The notes beneath the pieces are model-generated. The model had not been told where the DNA came from and did not search any database. It saw nothing but the letters and a program-made list of their open reading frames with translations. Shown piece after piece: positions 37,401 to 49,000 of a stretch of 64,000 nucleotides of DNA; position 1 is the stretch's first letter; each line of letters starts with the position of its first letter. The translations under genes and the position numbers were made by a program. Origin of the DNA: Enoplolaimus lenunculus (taxonomy: Eukaryota); contig JASANG010001649.1 in NCBI GenBank assembly GCA_030248215.1, forward strand, positions 124,001 to 188,000, written 5' to 3'.

Positions 37401-39977
37401 GGCGTCCAGGTTTCTGGTGGGTCTATAAAAGAGTAGGTTTAGAGTCTAGATTACATTTTTTGCTTAGGCTTAGGCTTAGGCTTAGGAATACGTTAATCTA
37501 CTGCTACGTCCCTTAAAGTTACATTGGCCTTCAGGATTTTAAAAAGGGTTATGTTGGTACCCAAAATTTATTGTTAATAAGTTAGACAAATTATATACCA
37601 TTCGATGCGGCTTGTTGCGCTGTCAACGATTTGATGCGGCAAAAAACCAGTTATTTGACATTGTAACCAGTGGTTTGACTTGAAAATTTAACACAACAGG
37701 GCTCAGTTCCACAGGCTGTGTCCAATGGTTATAATTTGTCTATCCTTTTAAAAAAATTTGCGTCTCAAGAGGGGATGTCCAAGCATCTGCGGGCAAACCC
37801 GGCCTGGGGTATAACTGAAAACACCTTGCAGTTAGCCTACTTTTTTTCGCTGGGGTAAGGTCGAACACCAGTTGATTATACGCTGAAAATGCACCCTAAA
37901 GGGCGCTAAGTTAACATGTGCGAAGCGCCATTTTTTTTGGCATTTTAGAAAAATGACCGAAACTTACAAGTTTAGGCAAAAACAATTTTCGTCGGCTCGG
38001 ACCAATGGGTGGGCGCGCGCCCCATTGATCCCACCCTAAGAGAAATCCTTGTTCAAAGTCCGAGAGATATGTTGAAAAACTTTGGTTCTCAGTATGATTC
38101 AACTGGCAGCGAGTGTGAGATTTAAGAAGTCCAGAATTTTATAAAAGTAAAAAGAATTCGTACCGTAAAACAGAATGTTTTTTAACTCCATTGATTCTAT
38201 CACATTTAGCAAACAGCGCTACGCGTCGCATCAAAAAATCTTCTATGTCGCACGGTGCCGCACGCCGCCAAACGCCGTAGCGCGTCGACTTTGAAGGTTA
38301 GGGAAACGCTGTAGGGGGGCAAGGGGACAATGGCGCCCCAATGGGTTTGGAAAAATCTCATTTTTGAATAAATTGAAATTATGATCTCCCATTCGTTTAT
38401 TCCCAATCACTAGTTGCTGACGATTTGCTGTTTGCGCCCATGCTCACAGTCCGTGTTTACGTTCAAAACCGCGGACAGCCACGGACGGCGCCGGAAGTGC
38501 TCCGGACTGCGCCGGACGACATCAAAAGTATAGCGCCACGCTAAGTTTGCAACATGCGGTGCCCTGCGGCGGTGTGCGGCTCAGAAAACGATTTGTAACG
38601 CAGTCTTAACTTCAAGTATTAAAATGAATTAAAATATAACTTTTGTATAGAATGGTTTGTTTTTTAAATTAAACTTCAAAATGAACTGGATTTGTTTGAA
38701 AAAGTCGAATCAATTTTGTTTACAAAGTGTTGCAAGTAACGCAACTGCAAATGACTGCGCTGCTACGGCAGTTTACGAGCGTCTTGATTTGGATGCGTTT
38801 GACGTACGTTGTTGATGTGTGTTGCCAATTCATGTTTTTATTTTTAAGAAAATATCTGCGTGAGAGAGGGAGAAATTTGAACTAAAATGTAACAGAAGTA
38901 ACCAAATCCAGGACAGATTGTTACGAAATTGCAATTATTTTTTGAAAATTTTGAATTCGAATTTATCTTCTAGGTCGTGCTAGCGTATATATTTCTGAGC
39001 TCTGCAAACAAATCTTGGGTTCATGTAACGATCAGGGGCGAAGCACTTCTGCGAAACTGCAATAGTGTAAGCGTAAGCTATAATCTATTTTTTATTTCGG
39101 CTTAGGCTTTGGCTTAAGTCTAAGCTCATTCTTATGCCTCAGGTTTGGCTTAGTTTTAGGCTTAGGAATATGCTAATACTACTGTTACGGCCCTGTTTTA
39201 TACATTGGCCAAATCTTACATTAATTTTTTTGTTTCAATAAACATAGCCCTTTATATTACAACGTCTTTCACTTGTACGTCAATTATCAACGCACCTGAA
39301 TAGGATCATACGGTGAAGTAGACTTTAACTTTGACTTCACATCACTTTGTCTTGCTTTAGAACACAACCCTGTGCTATGAAAGGAAAAATAGAAAAAGGA
39401 TAGTAAATTCGAAGAGAAAATGTAAAATTACAATTTCTGGTGGTTCGGTTGGAGTATCCACGTTTACCTTCTGGGTTTAAAATTTCTCAAGAACCAATGA
39501 CTTTTAAAATTGAGAATCCAGGACGAGTTTATTTCAATTCCACTTCAACTGATCAATCGCTAAATTAAGGTATATGAACAATGTGAAAATTACTAGCAGC
39601 CCCCCCACAACCAGAATTTGTTTACAGAGGGGGCAGGAAGATTACATGTAAAAGGGATTGAAAAAATTTCGTGACATACATTTCTTTTAAAGTTGTAGGT
39701 AAAGTTTTTCGTATGGAGATGAACCGGTTTTGATTACTGATGTAATTTTTATCTGAGCACCAGCAATGCTGGGATTTCCGATATTTGTTTGACCAAAACA
39801 AAAAGACATCTGGCCCAATTTTTGCTTGAAACGGAAAACTGTCTTTTTAAAATCTAAGATTATCAAAACGGATTGATATATGCAAAAGAGCAGAGCGCAT
39901 ATGAGTGATGGAAAATTGTCTTAAACCGTATCGTCTAACATTTTATGTTGTTACTGCTATAAACAATTTAGCCCATG

Positions 39978-40059
<82 letters not shown>

Positions 40060-43000
40060 TAAGACAAACAAGAAAGTCATAGATATAAGTAGCATTCACT
40101 TAAGCTTTAGTTTAGGCTCAGGCTTAAAGAAAAGTTAAATTTCAGAACTTTTTGCATTCAAGTTTCGTAGCGGCTTGCCAACCATTGCAGCTGCACATTT
40201 AGTGGTATATTTTTGCACACTAAGTGTACAGAACAGGGCCGCGGAGCGCATTAAAAATAAGCTGTAAACTATTTTTTTGCTTAGGATTAATCTTAGGTAT
40301 ATGATTATCCTGTGCCGACTGGGTAGGCTTAGAAATGTGTTGCATTCAGAAAGCAAGTTATTGCAAGAGTATGTCTCAGCATTTGGCTATAATTTAGACT
40401 GCAAGTGTATTAAATTTATGTGATTTTTATTTGTTTTAGTCAAGAAGTGCAGAAAAACGACACGCTGTGATTCGATTCAATCCTGATGACGATACTTACG
40501 AAATCGAAGATTTAGACACTACCCACGGGGTAAGAACTGTTCGAGTGAACTCAATGCTTTGAATTAATGTAATTCGTGCAAGAATTAATACTAAGATATT
40601 ACCTCCAAAGTCTAAAAATGTGCGTCCAATAAGCCAGGTACAACCGGAGGCTTACCTTCCATTCCGATTTCGGCAGAAAATCTGCCTCCGGCTCCGGCTT
40701 CGATAGGATTTCTGCCGGATGTTCCGGCAATTTGGACAGTAAAATTTTCCATAGTTGACAAAAATTGTAGATGAATTGGTGCGTTTGACTATGAATTTGG
40801 TACAATTTTCGGAAATAAATTGTCGTGTTAGATATTTGATGTAGCAAATACCTAAGCCCAAAACCAAAATTTTCAAAAAGGCTTTACAGATATTATATTC
40901 ACCACTGTTCTCTTGCCAGTTTGCACACGTTTCCTCATCTCAATTAATGGTTAAAACAATCAACATTCAAATATCCGTCCGAGCTTTACCAGTACAAATA
41001 CCAAACGGACAGTGTAATTATTTTATTACGAAATACCGGTCATCCAAGAGGTTCCGCATCTAAAACCATATAATAGTTATTTTAGTACGTATTCTTTGTA
41101 AACCAGATTTGCAAAACGTATACTTGTACCATTAATGGTTATTCGCAAATCCGTATCTGAACCAGTATTTCACATTCATTGTTTAGACGGGCCCGTAGCC
41201 AGAGGGGTCCCAGAAGGCTCAGCCGGCCCCTGGAAGAATTTTGTCGCCAGTCGCCACTGGAAAATTTTCAACCTTACGTGTAAGTCACCGGCATCACCTC
41301 TGTGCCCCTTTGAAAATTTTTTTTGCCTCCCCTGGCAAGGTGAGCCGGCTATTGGTATGCATTCAGACCTGGCTATAAAACCATTTAACAGAAGCATTTT
41401 AGGTGTTAGCGAGCAAGAAACCACTCGTAGTGAAACAGTTTGTTTTATCTTTCGGTTACATATGTTTTAAACACAAAAATTAGCTCGAACAGTGCAGGAT
41501 ACTAGAAACAATCCCTGAAAATATTCACAGATTGTCAAATACACCTCCCCGCCACAGCCTTCCGTTACCGTTGCTCCGTTCCTGGACGCACTGTAGCTGA
41601 CAGCGTATGCAGAAATACTTGAAATCGTACACAAAATCGGTCAGGTGTGAAAAATAATTTAAGAAAATGTTTAAAACGATTTTTACACTGACACAATTTA
41701 ATAGTTTTCAATTTATTTTACTACTGTCTTGTTCGTGCAGTTCGTTTCGGGATGGCGAAACGATCTTAGTGTTTTATTTGAACTAATTATATCGACGGAC
41801 AAAGTACCTTCAATTGATCCGAAATTTTACGTTTATTGCGGAAATATCAGTGCTGCAGCTAGCGCAGCACCCCCTATCTTTACTAACGGCGTTTGGGAAT
41901 ATGTGGGCCCTGGCCTAAATCCAGCCACCCTACGGCGTCTCAAAATGTTGATCCATTGCGTTACTCACAGTTGCTTCTCGCTCTCTTCGCCCGAGACTGA
42001 TTTTCATTACTTTCAAATTGTGCCATTGCGTATGTGCCCCCTACTTTTGGGTAAGCTGCTGCACCCATGGTTTATACCTTACATAGTGGCCCATTTTATG
42101 AGTGGATGATGGGATCGGATACCATAGCCGCGGCCCTAGGATATATACTACCTTTGGAGTTGCTTGGTACGACAAAAATATTTTTTCAATTTTTGCCAAT
42201 ATTATTATACGAAAGAAATTTTAATATCACTAAAAACCCGGCATCTGAACCTGAATCAAGTTATGTTTAGTGTATCAGAAGCATCTGAATAGAGAGTATT
42301 TTTCCGTAGTTGTTCATTTCTCAATTTTCATATATAAGCACAATCACACGTGTAAAATATATTAATTCCATTTTGAACAGTACCATATTATCGATCCTTT
42401 CACGAAAGTTTTGCTATCGTTTATAAACTAAGGCTTCGCAACGTTTTTAAGCTTGGCTTCACCAGTAGTACAACTGGCCACATTTAAAAACTGTTTTCCT
42501 GTTAACGGAAACGTTTGTTCTACTTAAATGCAGGCCAAATTTTTTATCTTGTTTTATGGGTTTTTAACAGGTACAGCCGTGTAACTACTGCTATTGTAAA
42601 AGCTGTTTTATTTCACTATAGTCATCTTAAAACAAAGTTAAAGCTCTCAGGATTAAGCCTTAGCGTAAGCGAAGCTAATGGCTTGCGATAAATGGTTGAA
42701 CCGATGATATTTCGGATCACAAGTTGTTCGTCGTCGAGTTGTCAAGTGACGTACTGTCGCTATACCAAGCTAGGGACATCTAAGTAACGACGATTTGTCA
42801 GCTACGTCGGGTTCAAGCGTCAAGCTCTTATAGCTTACTGGTGGCACTCTGTGGTTCGAATCCAATCTTGTAGCTCGGTAACATATTAAAAAGTAAATAT
42901 TAATGCGACAATGGGTTAGAAATGTATTTTTATAAGAAGCAATTTTGCTGGTTTTGCGCTGTCTCGCGAATCTGAACGGCTACCACAGTTGCAATATATC

Positions 43001-46000
43001 ATTCAACTGGACGTTTTGAAACATTTAAAAGTTTAATGAGGCTGAAAAAACTGTTTCCCGTTTCAGTTCAACCGGTTTGGCTCAGCGGCACAATGCGTGA
43101 TGAGAGTTTATTCTGCATATATTTTAAGAAACAGTTAACTTCTGTTGAATTAATGTTCGCTAATGTTACATTTTTTGCAACAGATTGCAAGTTGCAGTCA
43201 TAATTGCCAAAATTATAATAGGATGTGTTAACTGTGCACGTAGCTTTACCAGTACATCCATTAAGACTTTAGTCGGTTTATTTTCACGGAACCCAGCCGG
43301 GCCCATAGCCAGAGAGAGCCCAGGAAGGCTTAGCCACCCTGGAAAAAATTATGGCCGTCATTAGAAAATTTTTAACGTTGCCTTTGCTCGTAAGACATCG
43401 AAAACTCTTGTATGCTCACCCTGATAAATTTTAACCCTCTAGCAGGTTGAACTGGCTACAAGCCTGGGTCCAAACGATTTCAGGGGGATGCCACTGTAAA
43501 AGATGCTTATCGTTTATGATCATTACTCTATCATTCAAGCATTAAGTAAGGCGTATGCGGTGTGAATCTAAGCCCGTATTCTCGAATGCGCATAGTAACT
43601 ATCACCAGTTAAATGTTAGATTTTGTACATCTGAGAATATGGCTCTTGAATTAGCATTCAAGCTATAGCGTTAGTATTCCTTAAGCAGAACAACTTGTTA
43701 CCCAACAGAGTCCTAAAGCCTATGAATAAATCTAAGCCTAATCCTAAGCGTTATCCTAAGCCTAAGCCTAAGGTTAATGATGGGTGACGAATTGTCGAGT
43801 CGATAAAATTTCGGATTACAAGTTATCGGGCGACAAATTGTCGTGAATCGTGATACCATCAAAAATGCCTATTAGCTAAGAGTGTGACGCCCGTAAGACT
43901 TATTTTTAACGTCAATATGATGGGATAAAATGTCGTATTGAAGGCGATATAACGCAATGCTTATTCATCCACATTAGTGAGCAAAATTTGCTATAAAACC
44001 AAATCCCTGATCACGGTGGAGGGAACTAGCAGGCTGAGGCCCTGTGATATCATACGTAATAGTAGCCATCATATTCTATAAAGGCATTATGCACCTTTGG
44101 TGTTATTAAGTGTGTAAAAGCATGCAATACTACGCCGCCTTACCCCTTCTTAACCCTTAAGTTTTATAACCTGGCAGCGGAGAATTCGGCACTTTTGTAG
44201 TTTCCCCACAGACTACGCTAATGTTGAGGGGAACCTTTTCACTCAAAATTATTTGAATCAAGTTTGTGCTATTTTAAAAAGTGGGCTGAGCCATCCTGAA
44301 CCTCCGCATAAAAACACACTATGGAAGCTGGAGGGACTCGCGTTCCATACCCCCACACAAAACAATTTATTTATCGAGACAATTAAACATGGATAAAGTG
44401 CTTTGAACTGTTCTGACGTAAAGTAGAACCGCGTACAGTGAGGGGACTGGTGTGCTGGAAGCCTTCATTGCGCTTAGTATCCTTCCCCTGACTGCGCGAA
44501 ATAGACGTACGAAGGATGCTCAGTTTCTGTAACTGAAGGGGACTTGTCTACAGTGGGAAAACTATAAAAACGCTGAAAAATTTACAGTGCAAATAGTCCA
44601 AGTTGCGACGAAATTTCAAGAGAAGTGAATAAACAGTTTTATAGGCTTCAACTTTTTCTTAATTCGCAGGCAATGATGTTTTGCCTTTGGTATCGTCTCG
44701 AAATGAAATCCTCCGTAAATACCGGAAATGATGAGGGTTAAGAGTTATGCTCTGAAAAATATGGTATATTGCGAACAGAGTTTCTGCGCGCAACCCGCGG
44801 GTACCCGCGCGTACACGCGGGCCGGGCAAGAAAACATTGACGCGGGAATACCCGTGGGTAAAGAATTTTTGGTACAAACGAGACAAACACATTAGGTTGT
44901 ATTAGCCTTGTTTGGTTATATTTTTATATAACGTAACGGTTAGTTTTTCCACGTATGTGCTTATAACCTAGTAGGTTCCTTTGTAACTTTTCGAGCAATT
45001 TTTAAAGTTTGGATTGTGGTAATATCGTACACAAACGTTTAAAGTTAACTGTTAACAACACTGCGAAAACTTTCTTAAAGTTTAACAATTCTTACATTAT
45101 GTTAACTGTACAATTTTGTCTCATGGCGAACTGTGGCTCCGACTTCGGCAGAACTTGATAACAATCGGCAGCGACATTTTTCTCCTCGGCTTGAACCATT
45201 CCAGTTACTTGCAAGCAATAAACTCAAGCGATGCGATTATGTATTATATGTATCCAATTCACTGGAAAATTTAACAAATTTCGACTAACCGCAAAAATGA
45301 AACTGGGTAAATGTGGGTCGGTAGGTAAAGCAATTTTGCGTGAGTATACCCACGGTTAAAAAAATTTAACTTCCGCGGATAAGGCGCGGATTGGGGGATA
45401 AAGAAATACTTGCCCACGTATACACCTCTACTTGTCGGTAGATGTGCACGCATGTGTATGTAAAGCAAATGTTGCTATGCCTGTGCACATATTTCGGTAT
45501 AAGAAGTTGTTGCGATGACCGCATGGTGTAGTGGTAGCATGCTTGGCTAGAGCGCTAGAGGGCCGAGGTTCGATTCCCGGCGTGGACATTAATTTTGGGC
45601 ACAACTTCAAATAAGGGTCGTGCAGACCATTAGTACCAACACTGAATACGAATTAGCAAAAAATGGAGTATGCTCTTGTTACCAATCCGTTCGCAACACC
45701 ATACGCAGTGAATAATCCACAGTGAATAGTGTTTACTTAATACTACTAAATTTTTTCAACGCACTCTCAATTTAAAACTGTAAAGGCTGTATATACGCAG
45801 GAGTAGGAGTTGACGACGATGTTGAGCTTGTAAATTTTGTCATTTTTCTACTCTCGTGTGTTATTTATTTTACTTTTGTGTTGAAACGTGTAATACAGTA
45901 TAGGTACTGTCGGATCCACGGGGATATACAGGCCATATTCCCTGAACAGGGATCATACTCAAAATTTTGTGTCAAGATTTAGAGTAATAAAATTGCGTTT

Positions 46001-49000
46001 GACTTTTCGCTCGCCATCTGTTTTTGCAGCTATAATATATGTCGCGTGTCGTTCCTCTCGTCAGAAAATATTGCATTCGCCTGCAGTGTACAGGCAAAAC
46101 CAGTGGTGAATTCAAACTTTTCTGTAGGGTTGACAAAGTTTTTGAAATTGAGTATCATATATTTCAGTAAAAAACGCAAAAAATTCCCTTCATTTTAAGT
46201 TTCAAATATTGAAAAATAAAATCGGATCAGGTCGGACGGAATACATTTGGACGTTATACCGAGGTCCCTCTAAATCGACTAGTGGGTAGCCCATGGCGGC
46301 AAGTAGAAAAAAAGAGTTTAAGATTCATTTTTTACTGTATACTATACGCATTCAAGTTTTAAACGTTTGATGTAATTTTTTTACTATTTTTGAAATGATT
46401 CATATTGTTTAGACAGTACTTAGAATCAACAATGAGCTATGTTTGTAATAGCTTATTCATCAAAATATTTTTGGGTTTAGGCTTAGTATTTCTAATTAGA
46501 CCAGTAGCTTTCCAAACATTCTACGGACCCAAAGGGGGATTTTTAGAAGGGAAATGTTAGGTGTTTACGACAATTGGAAGCGCGTAAGAAATATGTTTTG
46601 GGGTGGGTTTCAAATTATTTGTAGGGATTGAACACTCACGACCTTCCTCATTCTGGCTTTGGGCACGATTTAAGTGGATGATGCATTAAGAGTCTGCATT
46701 CTCAAATGTGTGTAATTAGTTGGTGATACTGATAGATCTTGTAGTTTTTGAACCAGTGATTGGAAACGTTCACATTTCTGGTTTGTATTTGGTCTCTAAC
46801 TCTAATTCTACTGTGCGAATGAGTTCGTCAGTCGTATCGCCAACTGGTTGATAACTGCTGTACGCGTCTGAGAATATGGGCCTAAACAAGTGGGGCCCAT
46901 GTTACTTTTAGAACCGTTCCGGTTTCTGGTGGGTCTGTAAAAGAGTTGGCTTACATTATACACTACATTTTTTATTTAGGCTTAGGCTTAGGCTTAGGAA
47001 TACGCTTTCGCAACACTTAGGCTTAAGCTTAGGAATACGCTTACTCTAAAAGTAATATTTGCCAACAAGTGTACGCAGTTTATGCAATTTTGCATATGTG
47101 TCTTAACGATAGTGCCGACTTGCCGAAATGTTTATAGCTTCCTGTGAAGTATGAATATACACCACAAAAACAAGATAAGTGCATATATACCGCTATATGA
47201 AGTTGTTGCAATCACATTATGTAGTGGTAGTCTGCTTGGCTCGAACGCAAGAGGGCCGAAGTTCGACTCCCGGCGCGGTCCTTAACTTTGGAAAAAACTT
47301 CGAACAGGGGTCATGCAGACCGCGTTGTTCCATCAAAGCTGAGTAATGTGTCTGCGCCTGATATCGTAACCTCATGTTTTAGATTTTGGAACGAATAAAT
47401 TTGAAAAATAAACATGTATTGGTTTGGTTTTAGACATACGTTAATGATAAAAAAAGTAACGCAAACAGTGGTTCAACTCAAAGACAAAGATTTGCTCACA
47501 TTCGGCCGAGGTAAGCGAACAGTGAATGCGTTATATGCCCATATTCTCAAATGTGTGTGGCATTTAACTGAAGTTTACGTTGCCCCGTGAGCGAGTTTTA
47601 CTTTCTTGTCACGAGAAAAACTGGTGCACATATATATTTAAGAATTACAGACCGAAGTTTTGTTTTTACTAATTTTTAGTTCAATTTCAGACGCAAACTG
47701 ACTGATATTTATTTTGCCGTAATAACGATCTATGCGTTCCGGCTCCTCTTCGGTTACGGTTTCACGAGAAAATGTGTTGATGACATTAATATAATTACAG
47801 ACCAAAATTTCATTTTTGCAATTTATTCCTGTTGTTGTTTCAGACCCGACTAGCTATCGCATTTTGCGTATGGATCACACGTCTCAGTCAACGCCTGATA
47901 TTAAAGACGAATTTTTAATCTCAACTTCTTCAAGCCATCCGCAATCGCTTGTCAATTTAAGGGTTAATCCTTTGAACGAATGCGTTCCAACTGTAGAGAA
48001 CAGACCAACAACCAATGATAGTGGTGAATTAATTAGTCAAAACACAGATATGCCACAAGAACTAGAATCTTTGAAAGGAACAACAGATATGAATGGACGT
48101 ACGACTGACGCGGCAAGAAATGCAAATGACGTGAGTGATTGCTTGAGAGCAAGGGCAGATTCAAAGGGGAACGCCCCCCCTCGTCAGAAACGTTTTTCAA
48201 TAAAACGGTAGGGTATCCAACTTACAAATTTTTACTTTTGTGCAAAGAAAACTGTATTTGACTACTCGCTCGCGTCGCTTTACGATGTTTCTTCACAATG
48301 CATATTGCGTGCACCTCCCGTCATAAATTTCTGGCTCCGCCACAGCTTGAGAGATGGTACGGTATGTATATCGTGGTTTGAAAATTCTTGGATAGCCTAA
48401 CTTTAGCAGTTTATACTTTGGCTTACTTAAAAACTTTTGATAGATCGGTTTGTATCAGCGTCATTTTTTGACGAGATCAGAAAATTTTCAACAAAAAATT
48501 GGGGAATTCTATGATTTACCTGTAGGGCTAATACTTTTTCTGGTGAGTTAAAAGTTTTAAGGAGGCTTAGTTACTTGTGCATCTGCTCTGGTTAATACGA
48601 GTATTGTTGTTTGACAAAGTGATGAAAAGCAAAACAAAGGTTTGCAGTCTAGAAAAGTGTTGAGACAATTCGTAATTTTTGTATTAAAGTATAGATTTTA
48701 TGCGTATGCACTTATCAGCGACCAAGACGATGATGCCCGGAAAGGTTGAAGAAATAGAACTTTTGCAGGTTATTTGAGAATAACTTGTCGTTACACCAGC
48801 ACACCATTTTCATGCGCTGTACAGACACGAAAAGCGAATCCCTTCTCAATCTTTGCACAGGTTCTGCTTTTATTCTTAGGCTTTAACGCTTTTAGGCGCA
48901 AGTTTTACCCTTAGAATTGGTTAGTAATTTTATCGCTTAATCAACAATTATGTGGTTTAAACCTTTGCTGCGTGGCTGCGTAGCTCATAGAGCAGCGGAC

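Noticed and set aside
39361..39569. Exon-like segment (TTTAG...AAG/GTAT) in the 18-kb intron
   Set aside because: Stops in all three frames; it could only be a non-coding exon and I have no support for that.
39905..40138. ORF with a YIYIYI repeat
   Set aside because: Translation of the (TA)n microsatellite.
41180..41367. CpG decay in target duplications (TGTTTAGA vs CATTCAGA) as evidence of DNA methylation
   Set aside because: Only one or two anecdotal sites; other TSDs retain CG (15871/16043) and CG is common in the window. A genome-wide substitution analysis would be needed.
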